Below are positions 13,826 through 26,498 of a DNA stretch of 64,000 nt, piece by piece (the first letter of the stretch is position 1; each line of letters starts with the position of its first letter). The notes under the pieces were generated by a model that had not been told where the DNA came from, did no database searches, and saw only the letters and a list, made by a program, of their open reading frames with translations. This DNA comes from Camelus ferus (lineage: Eukaryota). The stretch is taken from NCBI RefSeq assembly GCF_009834535.1, contig NC_045697.1:64110001-64174000 (forward strand), in the 5' to 3' direction. A program made the position numbers and the translations under genes.

Positions 13826-16800
13826 ATCATATGAGATAGTGAAGACAAAGACATTTTAAGAAAAAACAAAAACAAAGCATAATGGAAAAATCTTAATAGA
13901 AAAGAAATCAAGTGAATATCCAATGCTTTACGCTATTTGCTTTTTGTCTTTTTTTAATCAATATGGAAGAAATTCCTGGTTCTTTCATATATTCTCTGTT
14001 CCCTCATATATATAATGATGAATTATATATTATGAATGTCTAATGCTAATAAACCTTTTGAAATAAGAACCAGATTTATAATTCACTGTGGATTCTAAAG
14101 CCTAAAATAGACTACATTTGTAGGGATAATTAAATGCAAGGGTATAATCTTTAGTTACAATGTATCATTACTTGTTAGTATAAAACTTTTCAAATAAATT
14201 TACTACATTATAATTCCTGAGATTGGACACTGAGAATGAATTTATGTTTTTCTTAAGAATCTAAAATCCCTGCATTTAATTCCAAGTTTCTGCTCACAAT
14301 TTGCCTCAAGTTTTCCAGTAATCCCTGCCAATGTATTCAATCAGTAAAACTTGGACTACTTTTACTGTTTGGCTTCTCATTGCATTTAGAAGGAAATAAA
14401 CACAGATGATATTCCAGAAAGCCTCTGTGCCCTGATCTCCTTTTATATTTGTTTTATGCTCACCGCTCTCAAGCCACTCTCCTCTTTGCTGGCTTTTATT
14501 TAGCCACATGGTTCTTCAGTTTTGCCTATAATAGACCCATGATTCTTACTTCTTCATTGAGTTTATGGCATAAGGCTAGTTGGATTAATCCATGGGAAAA
14601 AAACAAACCCACGGACTAGCAACCTGTGTGTGTAACAGTTTGTCCTTCAAGGAAAGTGAAGACAATATCCTAATTATCTAATCCAGGAATGTATTTGTCA
14701 TCTTGGCTCCCTGCCTCTCTGTGTCTCTCACAGGCTTAGTCAATCAGATTCCAAATTGATGTGCTCAGTGCATTTGGAGGTTTGAAGAGAGTGAAAGCCA
14801 CATGGAACTGTCTTTGTAGAGAAGATGGTAAGATGCACGGAACGAGAGATATGACAGGCTGTTGACGCTCTGGAGGAGCATGTGTCCAATATTCAGAAAA
14901 TGCTTAAACTGGCATCTAACAGACATGGTTTTTAACCTCCTAATTAAAACAGAGGTAAATAACTAACTGAAAAGGCTGTTGTGAGAAGGAAATCAGATCA
15001 TATATTAAATAAGAAGAACAAATCAGCACTGAAATGCAGGCACTGAACAGCGAGGAGGACTCTGACTGCTGGAGCAAGAACTAGTCGAGAGTAATTTTCA
15101 TTTTGAAAAACTTTATGGTGTAGACATTCAGAGTCACTCAAAAACAGCACAAACCCCACATGCTGAAAACACACATACACAAAGAGGTTCTGCTGAATAT
15201 GTACTGCAATAAAATCGTTGAAGAGGTATGAATGAGACCATTTTCTGGTAGCAGAATACTTAAATGGTATTAAGAGTGGTTAACAACTACTCTATACGGG
15301 GGGAAGTTATTCCCGAGGCTGCATCCCTTCTGTGGTCCCGTGTGTCCCATGTGCATCATCAGCTTATCAGCAGCTGATTCCCACATGATTCGCACCCTGG
15401 TTTATCAGTAAGTGTTAAATAGGAAGAAAAAGTATTATGCAGTTAAACTAAGTGTATTAAATTCTGATTTTGGTTCTGACAGATGAAATTGATATATCTC
15501 ATGTATCTTTTGCAGATTTAGGGTCCCTGAGGTCACAGTTGACTTTTGTTTTAAAGTAGGACAAATGAATCAACAACCAAATGTAAGGTTTTGCCAAATG
15601 TAAACAAAGTGTTTATCTTGTACTTATAGTTCATTAAATGCTAAGAAAACAACCTGCCACATGTCATTGTATGATCCTATGTGTATAAGAAATCAAAGGT
15701 TGCTCTTCATATGAAAACCAGCAAAAATTCCAATATAAAAATAATTTTTAAATGACTAAAGCTCTATTATCCTATTCTAGAGACAAATTCTGCATGCCAT
15801 TTGCTTTTCCTTCTTCGTACCAAAAACATGGAGCGAGATGCACTTTAAGGCAAGTACTTATTTGATTTTATCAATGTGTGTTATGCCAACCTATCTTTTA
15901 TAATTTTGTGCTTTTCCAAAGAACTAGAGAGAATGCTATGTTGTCTTGCAGTGCAGACATAAATGTGCGGTACGAACACATGGTACACTTACATTTTTGG
16001 ATCCAAGCAAAGTTTTGTAGAGGTTTTTGGGTTTTTTTTTTTTTTTTCTGAACTTGGCTGTAAACAACACTCAAGTCCTATCCTGAGATGTGTTTTCCAT
16101 TTTTTCTAATTCCCTACAGAACAAGCCTAGCAGTTACTACGTTTTCTCTAAATTTATATTATCTTTTTCTAAGGCGTACATTTAATAAACGGCTTGAATC
16201 TATACATATTTGGGGATAGTCAGCACTTTCCATTGTAAATTTGACCTTCCTCTTAAATTTGTCTTGCTGTCTTCATCCACCCAACATTCAATGAGTATCT
16301 ACTCAGTGCCAGGCACTGCTCCAGTTGCTCGGAGTAGATCAGAGAAGAAAAAGATCTCTGCCCTAGGGGAACTTACATTCTAGTTAATGAGAAATAGTGA
16401 AAAAATAAGTCCAATAATAAAATTATAATATATGTTAGAGGATGATAAATTCTATGGAGAAAAAAGCACAAGTAGAGCAGGGCAAGTGGATTTATGAGTT
16501 CTGGTGGCAGAGTAGATGGAACAAACACGGTATTAAATAGTGTGGTAAATAAAAGTGGGCCTCACTGAGAAGGTAAGACTGAGTGAAGACTTGAATTAGG
16601 TGTGGGAGTTGGCCAAACAGCCCTTAGGGGCAAGAGTGCTCTAGGCACAGAGGAGAGTGGGAGTACAGTCCTGAATATGGGAGTTTGCCTGGGGTTTTCA
16701 GGAAGTTCTCAGAGACCAATGTGGCTGCAGCACTGAGAGCTAGGGAAAGAGGAGGAGAAAAGGAAGGCAGAGCAGTAATGTGAGCCCAGTCACCTAAAGA

Positions 16801-16887
16801 TTTAGAGGACATTTCAAGGACTTCAGAATCTACCGTGAGGAAATGGCCAGCCATTGTAGTTTTTAGCAGAGGAGTGACGTGAACTTA

Positions 16888-17186
16888 CAATTCCTCCTGT
16901 AAATAATAACAAAATCTGTGGTTGCTCTTGTTCCTTATATAAAATGGTGTATTTGCATATAACCTATACACATCCTCCAGTATACTTTATATCACCTCTA
17001 GATTGCTCATAATACTTAATGCTATGTAAACAGTTGTAAATACAATGTAAATGCTATGTAAATAATTGCCGGTGTGCAAATTCAAGTTTTGCTATTTGGA
17101 ACTTCCTGGAATGTTTTTTCAAACAGTTTCAATCTGCAGTTGGTTGAATTTGAGGATGCACAACATTGGATATGGAGGGCAGACTA
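16888..17186 (+). mobile_element. MER2/MER2B-like TcMar-Tigger element
   Basis: ccttatataaaatggtgtatttgcatataaccta, ttggttgaatttgaggatgca, gatatggagggcagact; flanked by TA on both sides. Confidence 0.85.
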
Positions 17187-17208
17187 TACTTACATTTTAA
17201 AAAGATTA

Positions 17209-17588
17209 TGTCCTATTCAGTTAGGGCTGCTGAAACAAAATACCATAGACTGGGTGGTTTAAACAACAAACATTTATGACTTGCAGTTCTGGAGGCTAGA
17301 AAATCCAAAATTCAGGGGTCAACAGATTTGATGTCTGATGAGAGCCTGCTTCCTGGTGTGTAAATATCAACCTTCTTGTTGCATCCCCACATGGCAGAAA
17401 GAGGAAGCTCTGGTGTCTCTTCCTCTTCTTAAAAGGACACTAACTCTGACAATGTGGACTCTGCCCTTAGGACCTTTTCTAAACCTGATTATCCCCCAAA
17501 GGCCCCACCTCCAATACCACAAAATTGGAGATTAGGGCTTCCCCATGTGAATTGGGGGGGAAGGGGCACAAACATTTAGTCCAAAGCA
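17209..17588 (-). mobile_element. MaLR solo LTR (MLT1A/MST-like)
   Basis: TG...CA termini, aacaaaataccatagactgggtggtttaaacaaca; TSD gatta (17204-17208) / gattc (17589-17593). Confidence 0.9.
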
Positions 17589-18849
17589 GATTCTTTTCAC
17601 TTCTCTATTAACACTAGACTGTAGTGGTAGCAAGGATAGATATATGAAGACAGGTAAGAAGGTTATTACGTTTTTCTTTTTTTTAAGGTATGAGATTATG
17701 CTGATTCTACCAAGGTAATTGAAATAGAAGGTGTATGAACTGGTCAAATTCTGAATTCACTTCAATGATGAAACCAATACCATTTCTTGGCAGTTCCTGA
17801 TAAGTGAAATATGATTCCAAAGACATAAATTTGAGAAACTGGAAGAATAGGGTTATAATTTAGGAGACAGGAGGTGGGGAGGCACAAGAGAAGCAGATTT
17901 AAGGGAAGGAGGTAGAAGAGGTAAAGCTATAGTTTGCTTTTGAAATTGAGGTTCCCTTAAATATCTAAATATTAGTATCAAGTAGGCAGCTGGATAGATG
18001 GATCAGAAGATCACAAAAGAGTTCAGGGTTATAGGTATAAACTTAGGAATTCCTACATTAGGTGATATATACAGATACAAAACTAAATGAGATCCACAAG
18101 TGGATGAATATAGATAAAAATAGTGGAGGAGCATGGAATGACTTCTGGTAAATTCCACATCAGAATATTAAGGACAAGAGAAGAAATTACCAAGGAGAAG
18201 GAACAATCAAAGAGGTAAGAGAAAAATTAAGAAAATATGACATCTGAAGCTGAGTAAAGTCTATCCTAAAAGAGAGTGAACATCTGCATTAAATGCTGCT
18301 TATAAGTCAAGTAAGATGAGGTATAAAAATTGACCATTGGATTTAGAGTTGAGGTTTAGGTGACTTCAGCAAGTACAGTTCTAATAAATCTATAAACTTC
18401 ATACCCTCCTTAACCCTGCCTACCCATCTTCAATTTATCTTCTTCCCATTATGATTACCAGTCATTAAATTTTCCTTGTGTTGCAAATTATAAAAGGATT
18501 ATATGCTTGTTGAATTAGTGAAACAATGATTTCATACCATTCCCATGCTAACTTATATAGAAAAAGTATAAAATTTTATTAACTTAAGGGTTAGGTTTTT
18601 TGTTTGCATCGACAAAAATTGGTCATAATTACTGTGCTAGAGAAATACAGACTTGTTTAGTTTTAATAGTTGCATTTACATCAACTGATATGCCTGGACG
18701 ATAATCTAATCATTTTTTCTGACCTGAGACATTCAATGATCTCGAGTTTTAGTCTCTATACATGATACCACAAAAATAAATATTTCTGTTCAAATATCCT
18801 GATAAAGCAGTGTTTTTGTTTCAACTGGATAGTTTCTCAAAAGTGCATT

Positions 18850-19230
18850 TCAGAGTCAAAAAGTATGCACATTCAAAACTTTATGACTATTCTACTCTTG
18901 CTACCAATTAATAAAAGTGCTTCTTATCTTTATTAGCATTGGAGAATATTAGTTTGGGTTTTTTTTAAGTATTTTCTAATCTGAAAGATACACTAATTGT
19001 TGCTGTAATTTGCATTTCTCTGAATAGCAATCAGGGCAAGCACCATATAATGTTAATAGCCTTTTGATTTTATCTTCTGTGAATTACCTGTTCTTTCCTT
19101 TTGTCCATCTAATTGTATTTTCCAGGAAATTACCTTTTTCTAATATAATATTTTTATAATTCCTTTTATCTCTTCCACATACGTAGTTATACATCCTTTG
19201 TCAATTCTAGAACTGTATAATTTTGCTTTC
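18850..19230 (-). mobile_element. Very old L1 (L1ME-like) fragment
   Basis: gtaatttgcatttctctgaatag, cttctgtgaattacctgttc antisense ORF2 3' motifs. Confidence 0.6.
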
Positions 19231-19746
19231 ACTTTTTCCCTTAATCAGGCTATCTCAGGATTGATTTACTATGTTAGTTGTTTCTAAGAAAGAGCTTTTT
19301 CTTTAATTTAGTGTTTGGTTGGTTGTCACAACAGGATGGTACTATGCTTGGCAGTAAAACAGATATAGTTAAGGAAGTAATGTTTCTTTAATGGCAAAAG
19401 AAATGGAAACTTAGTAAGATAATTACTTAAATAGGAGACAACACAGCATGCTCACACATAGAGGTACCAGCTTATCCGTTTTTCCAAAACTCCCCCACAG
19501 AGGCATACAACTACTCATGAGGGAGGAAATATCCTAAAAGTAAGGCTCTCTTTGCCCACACTGAAGGAATTTTTCATATCATCCTAGCTCCCTGACCTTC
19601 ATCTCAGCATACTAAACTCTTCTGGAGATTGGGCACTGACTTTGTGACCTCCTGATAACCAGGTACAACTCAGGTGTCGACACATTCCCAAGTCTTGATT
19701 ACATAACTGGGCTGAGAATTCTTCAAGTTTTCCCAGGTCTCATTAT

Positions 19747-19793
19747 TGTTTTTGTTTTTTGGGTTTTGTTTTGTTTTGTTTTGTTTTGTTTTT
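19747..19793. repeat. (GTTTT)n microsatellite
   Basis: Directly visible. Confidence 0.9.
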
Positions 19794-19859
19794 CAACTAT
19801 GATTTCTACTTCTCTTTCCTTTTGCTGTACGAGTAACAAAAAAAAGTGTTGAATATATT

Positions 19860-20355
19860 TGTAGTAGTGACAGGTAACTTTCCCTCATATCTATTTGCTC
19901 ACTTTTCCCCCTACTAACTAATTAACAAAACAATGCTTTTAAAGGCTCATCATGGTCTGTGATTATCTTTTTTTCCAGGTACATATGGCCATATGACTAA
20001 GTTCTTGCCTATGAAATGTAATGAAAGTAAAAGTAACGTGTGCAATTTCAGCAACATCCTCTACTTAAAAGAAGCGTGTTTATCCTTTGTCTCCTGGCTT
20101 TCTACCTACCCATGGAGATAAATATGTATGTGGTGCTGGTCAGACAGCTTCAATCATGACGATGAAGGTCAATCAGTCTACACAAGACCGCAAAGCATAA
20201 GAAACAGAAATTTTGGTGGCTGCAACAGAAATGTTTTTGACCTTGCACTGTCTACCTGCCTCTATGCAGTAAAGTGAAAAAAAAAAAAATCCGCAAAAAC
20301 AAAAACACTCTGTCTTGTTTTGATCCACTGTATTTTGCAGTTCTTTCAAAATATC
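19860..20355 (+). mobile_element. Old ERVL/MaLR-type LTR (LTR16/LTR33-like)
   Basis: ggccatatgactaagttcttgcctatgaaatgt motif typical of these LTRs; subfamily uncertain. Confidence 0.5.
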
Positions 20356-20368
20356 ACAATAGTCTAGC

Positions 20369-20603
20369 CAAAGGAGTGGCAATTTGTGTTCCATAAGAGG
20401 CCAGATAGTAAGTGTGTTAATATGTTTACTTTTGCAGACCATATAGTCTTTGTTGTGACTACACTCTCTCCCCCAAATCTGCCCTGCTAGTGTGAAAGGA
20501 GACAAACAAAAGATAAGTGGATGAGCATAGCTGTGTTCCAAAAAAACATTAAAAAAAAGTGGCTGCTTAGATTTGGCTCATGGGTAGGGTTTGATGTCTC
20601 TTG
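20369..20603 (+). mobile_element. MER58A (hAT-Charlie)
   Basis: ggccagatagtaa, ttgcagaccatatagtct, gcatagctgtgttccaa, gatttggctcatggg. Confidence 0.75.
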
Positions 20604-20722
20604 ACCCAGCCTACTGTATAACTGACACAATCTTTTTGATTTTGCATATATGCTTGAAAAAACTTTTGTGTGAATATACATTTGTTTTTAATTTACATAA
20701 CTTATATGGCATAAAGATATAA

Positions 20723-20926
20723 ATTTTTTATTGATGTATCTCAGGTACAATGTGTCAGTTTCTGGTGTACAGCACAATGTCCCAGTCATGCATATACATA
20801 CATATATTTGTTTTCATATTCTTTTTCTTTAAACATTATTACAAGATACTGAACATAGTTCCCTGTGCTATACGGCACAAACTTTTTAAAATCTGTTTTT
20901 ATATATAATGGCTAACATTTGTAAAT
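20723..20926 (-). mobile_element. Young 5'-truncated L1 3'-UTR insertion
   Basis: ttctggtgtacagcacaatgtcccagtcatgcatatacatac...atagttccctgtgctata; 11-bp TSD taaagatataa at 20712-20722 and 20927-20937. Confidence 0.85.
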
Positions 20927-21044
20927 TAAAGATATAATTTAAATAATGTGTTTAATATTGTATGTTTAAGATCAATAATATAATTTACAAATGCTGCTGA
21001 TTACTTCTGATTGCTGCCTGGATTTCCATTATAATAATTAATTA

Positions 21045-21745
21045 GTAGACGATTGATATGCTAATATATTGAGTCTTCTGGTATAGGAAAATGTCATCTC
21101 TCATTTATTTTGGCCCTCTTTAGTTTCTCTCAGAAATGTTTTATAGTTTTTGGTAAACCAAACTTGCACGCCTGTGCTTAAATTTATGTCTTAGTTTTTT
21201 TGTATGTTTTAGCACTACTGCAAATAGTATTTTAAAATTTCAATTTCTAGTTGTTAAAGCCTAGTTATAAAAATGTACTTGAATTTACAAACTAACCATA
21301 TATAAAGCAACCTTACTAAATTCACTAGTAGTTCAAGCAGTTTTTCTTGTGGATTCCTTAGTATTTTCTACAGAGATAGTCATGTTGATGTAAAAATAGA
21401 ATTTCAAATCTGCATGCTCTTCTTTCTTTTTTCTTGCCTTATTACACATTGAAGGATTTTCAGGACAGTTGTGAATACAAGTGGTGAGCACGGCCATTTG
21501 TTCTATCCCTGATTAAAGTAGGAAAGCATTCAGTCTTTCATCATTAGCTATTCTATCAGCTGAAAGCATTTTTGAAGATTACCGTCATCAGGATAAGGAA
21601 GTTCCCTTCTATTCTAGTGTGCTGAGAGTTTTTATTATAAATGAGCCTTGAATTTTATAAAATGCTTTTTATGCAACCATTGTGATGAACATATGGTTTT
21701 CCTCCTTCATTTTGCTAATAAGGTGAATTACACTGATTATTTTAT
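21045..21745 (-). mobile_element. Old L1 ORF2 fragment
   Basis: ggaaagcattcagtctttca, aggaagttcccttctattc antisense RT region. Confidence 0.8.
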
Positions 21746-22380
21746 AACATCTTTGAGATATAAATCTCAAAAATGAAATTCCCGATTTTCAAATTGTATA
21801 ACTCAGTAGTTTTTAGCATATTTACAAAATTGTGTAATTATTGTAACTGTTGAATTCCAGAATATTTTTATCCGGTAAAGAAACTCTGTACCAACTTGCA
21901 GTCACTCTCCATTCCTCACTCCTACAGCTCTTAGCAACTAATAATCTACTTTCTGACTCTACAGATTTGCATATTTTGTACCTTTAATATAAATGGAATC
22001 TTACAATACATAGGTCTTTGCGTCTGGCTTCTTTGTCTTAGCATAGCAATTTCAAGTTTTATCCATGATAAAGGATGTGTTAGTGTTTAATTACTTTTTG
22101 GGGGTGAATAATATTCCATTGTATGGCTATACTATATTTGTTTAGCCATGTGTCAGTTGAGTTCTTTTCAATTTTTCACTTTTACGAATAATACTATGAG
22201 CATTTATGTACAAGTTTTTGTATGAACATATGCTTTCATTTCTTTCTCCTGGGTATATACTTAGGAGAGAAATTGTTTGGTAATATGGTAACAATGTTTA
22301 GCTTTAAAGAACTACCATATTATTTCGTAAAGCAGCTACACCACTTTACTATCCCACCAGCAACATATGAGAGTTTCATT
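21746..22380 (-). mobile_element. L1MB-like 3' end
   Basis: cagtcactctccattcc, ataaatggaatc, aatattccattgtatgg, tcccaccagcaa. Confidence 0.85.
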
Positions 22381-22409
22381 TTATACCACCTATGTGCTGA
22401 ACACTTATA

Positions 22410-23020
22410 TTTACAGACCACTCTTCCGTCTGCTAGGTCACTTAATGCTTTCACCAGTTAATTGCGTCTTATCAAAGATCAGCTGTGGCTGTCCAAAAAT
22501 CAGTTTTTGCCAGTTTTACAGTAATCAGTGTAACTAAATGTTATGTCAACAAATAAGAAAGAATGCAAATAAAGAATACTTTTTCTTGAATTCTAAATTG
22601 AATTCTTTGGAAAGGCTTGATAAAAGCTATTTACTAAAAGAATGCAGACAAATTAGGTATGGACAAGACAATGTAAAAGATAGGAGGAACTTCACAAAAT
22701 TGTGAAAAGATTCTAAATTCAATTTACTTTGGAAGTTTCTAGACATTTCTCTACCATTTTTAAGAAAAGAAAGTGGAAATCATAGTTTATATTTTATGGG
22801 TATGGTTACAAAAGCAAAATGGACAAACCACAAAAACCAAAACAGAACTCTACTCAGTGGACCCATTTACAAAAAAAGGGCTTGAGCCTTTATAAAGATT
22901 GATAAATTATTAAACATATGTTTCCAAGTTAACATAAATGTTTAAGAATTTATATTTGTATTATTTTTTAATGATTCTCAGTGTTTAAACTTTTAGTCAG
23001 TGAACTACATATAAGACAAC
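22410..23020 (+). mobile_element. Tigger (Tigger13a-like) element with decayed CENP-B-type HTH transposase N-terminus
   Basis: aaattgaattctttggaaaggcttgataaa (KLNSLERLDK), ttatgggtatggtta (LWVWL), ctcagtggacccatt (LSGPI). Confidence 0.7.
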
Positions 23021-23599
23021 TATCAAGCATTTTATACCATTGCATTGTATTTGATCTTAGAAACCATGTATTAAGTTTCCTTTTTAATTTTCTTTTTTGG
23101 ATGTCAATCTCCCATTGAAATGGTGAAGTTCAGTAAATAGAATAATGAAAATAAAAATAACTTGATCAAACATGGGTTGGGTATATTTAAGGCATATGTT
23201 GCTCAGTTTTCAATGCATGTCTTGCTCAGTTTAAAAGGGATAGGATGATTAAGTGGAATACACAGAATAAAATTTACATTTTAATTTTTTGTCTTAGTTT
23301 TGAAATTATAAAATCTTTATCATGGTAGAGATATCTTGTGTGAGTAAGAAAAATCTATATGCAGTAAAACAAAGATGATGTTTAAGTACTCATGTGTGCC
23401 CATAAAATTGATTAGTTCATATATAAAAGATAACTCCTCAGAGTAACAATTAAACAGAGATACTCAAAGCCCTAAAGATAGAAAGGCAAAGAAAAACAGA
23501 ACATTTTTTCAAGGGCTTGATAACAGAGTTAAGATAGAAGTGTGTCTCATGTAGTAGTATACAAATCTCTAGAATTTGTGTTAACATGCAGAAGTTTTT

Positions 23600-24061
23600 T
23601 TAATAAGCTTTTAATTTTCAAATATTTTATATTCCCATGTACCTAACAAACTATTATTAATTTGTTACATTAGTATGGTACAGTTATCATGATTAATGGA
23701 GCAATACTGATGCACTAATATGTTTTAAAAATTCATACTTTTATCAGTTTTTTCCAATTTTTTTTTTGTTCCAGGATCCCATCCAGGATCCCAAATTATA
23801 TTTAGACATTTATGTCTCTTTAGGTTGCAACAGTTTCTCAGACTCTTTATTTTTGATGACTTTGAGTGTTTTGAGGAGTATTGGTCAGGTATTTTTCAGA
23901 ATGCCTCTCAATTGGGATTTGTCCAAGACCGTTTCTCATGATTAGATTGAGGTTATCAGTTTTTGTGAGGAGGACCAAAGAGTTAAGTATCATTCTCATC
24001 ACACCATATCAAGGATATTTACTTCTTAAAATATGCATACCTTAAAATTCACTCAGTGCTG
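23600..24061 (-). mobile_element. L1MC-like 3' end, host of the 24062-29210 L1 (left part)
   Basis: ccaggatcccatccaggat, gaggagtattggtcaggtatttt, tctcatgattaga. Confidence 0.8.
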
Positions 24062-25150
24062 GTTGTTCCAGTCAAAATGGTGGAGTAGCATGGTTATAAG
24101 CTCCCCTCCTCTCACAAACACAACAAAATCACAACTGACTGCTGAACAGCCATTAACAAAAAAGACTGAAACCTACCAAAAAAGATCTTTTCTAACTGGA
24201 AACATAAAGAGAACCAGAGAGATGGTAGGAAGTACGCGCATGCAATACAATCAGGCCCCATACCCCATAGGTGAGCAACCCATAAGTTGGAGAATAATTA
24301 CATTGCAGAGGTGTACCCACAGGACTGAGAATTCTGAGCCCCATGGCAGGCTCCCCAGCCTGGGGGTCCAGCATTAGGAGAAGGGGCCCCCAGAGCATTT
24401 GGCTTTGAAGGCCAGGGGGGCTTAACCACAGGAGCACCACAGGACTAGGGGAAGCAGAGACTTTATTCTTAAAGAGCACACACAGAGTCTCACATGCACC
24501 AGAACCAAGGGCAGAAGTAGTGAAATTTCATAGGTGCCCGGGCCAGACCTGCCTACTGGGCTTGGAGGATCTCCTGGGGTGGTGGGGAGCAGCTGTGACT
24601 TACATGGGGGACATAAAAACTGGTGGTGGATGTTCAGGGAGTATTCAGTCTCATTAACTTTCCTGGAGGCTGACATCTTGCTTGGGTCATTAGCATCAAG
24701 ACCTGGACCCAGTCAATAGACTGCAGGATTAAGTCCTGGGATGCCTAAGCCAAACAACTATGTGGAACACAGCCCCACCTAAGGGCTTCCTGACCCCACA
24801 GCTGCCTCTAGACATGCCCTTAGACATGACCCTGCCCACCAGAGAGCCAGGATCCAGCTCCATCCACAGTGGGCAGGCACCGACTCTTCCCACCAGGAAA
24901 CCTGCATAAGCCACTAGTCCAGCTTCACCCACCAGAAGCAAGAAAACAATAACCCTACAACCTATGGAATGAGTCCACAGATGCAGTCCAGACTCTACCC
25001 TGGGATCATCTGGCCCCCAGTCCTTGGGTGATGAGAGGGGAGTGCATGGCTGTGAAGCACAGGATATCACCTACAGAGGGCCAGTTCTCCAAGGTCAAGA
25101 AACATAACTCAACTATCACATACATAAAAATACAAACAAATTTATTTGTA

Positions 25151-26018
25151 ATGAGGCAGCAGAGGAGTATGTCCCAGGCAAAGGAACAAGATAAAATCCC
25201 ACAAAAAGAACTACACAAGAAAAGAGTTCAGAGTAATGATTGTGAAGATGATTAGAGAAATTAGAAGGAGAATAGATGAACAGAGTGAGAGGTTAGAAAT
25301 TTTTACCAGAGTTAGAAAATATAAAGAAAAACCAAACAGAGATGAACACAATTACTGAAAAAAATAACACACTAGAGGGAAACAAGAATAGACTAAATGA
25401 GGCAGAAGAACAGATCAGTGACCTAGAAGACAGAGTAGTGGAAATCACTACTGCAGAACAGAAAAGACAAAGAAGAACAAAAAGAAATGAGGATAGTTTA
25501 AGAGACCTCTGGGACAACATGAAGCACACTAATATTCACATTATAGGGGTCCCAGAAAGAGAAGAGAGAAAGGACCTGAGAAAATGTTTGAAGAGAAAAT
25601 AGTTGAAAACTTCCCTAACTTGGGAAAGGAAATAGCCAAGTCAAGGAAGTGAAGAGAGTCCCATACCAGATTAACTCAAAGAGGAGCACACTGAGGCACA
25701 CAGCAATCAAACTGATAAGAATTAAAAGATAAAGAGAAAATATTGAAAGCCACAAGAGAAAAGCAACAAATAATATACAAGGGAACTCCCATAAGGTTAT
25801 CAGCTGATTTTTCAGCAGAAACTCTACAGGCCAGAAAGGAGTGTCATAATATACTTAAAGTGATGAAAGGGAAAAACCTACAACCTACAAGAATATTCTA
25901 CCCAGAAAGGCTCTCATTCAGATTTGATGAAAAAATCAAAAGCATTTCAGATAAGCAAAAGCTAAAAGAATTCAGCACCAAACCAGCTTCACAACAAATG
26001 CCAAAGGAACTTCTCTAG
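25151..26018 (+). pseudogene. LINE-1 ORF1p remnant
   Basis: ORF-track pieces RLNEAEEQISDLEDR, LRDLWDNMKHTNIHIIGVPE, YKGTPIRLSADFSAETLQARKE. Confidence 0.92.
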
Positions 26019-26498
26019 GTAGAAAAGAGAAGACCATTACTAGAAACAAGAGAATTACTCGATGAGAGAGTTCACCAGTAAAGACAGACAGACAGTAAAA
26101 GCAGGAAACCATCCACACACAGACTAACAGGGAAGTTAAAAGTCAAAAGCAGTAAAATCATCTGTATCCACAGTAAGCAATGAAAGGATATACAAAACAA
26201 TTAGATGTAAAATATGATATCAAAACCAGTAATCATGAGGGGAGGAGAGTATGAATGCAGGGTATCTAAAATGTGTTTCAAATTAAGAAATTAGCAAGTT
26301 AAAGTAATCATATTATAAATATAATTCTATACCAAAACCTCATGGGAACCACAAACCAAAAATCTGTAACAGATATACACACAAAAAAGAAAAAGGAATC
26401 CAGACATAATGCCAGAGGTAGTCATCAAATCACAAGAGAACAAAAGAAAAAAGGAGAAAAAAAGATCTACAAAAAACAAATCCAAAACAATTAACAAA

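Larger units (their letters stand above)
16275..18385 (-). mobile_element. L2 element interrupted by MER2B-like and MLT1A-like insertions
   Basis: cattcaatgagtatctactcagtgccaggcactg antisense L2 3' end; resumes after 17589 up to ttgaccattggatttag. Confidence 0.8.
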
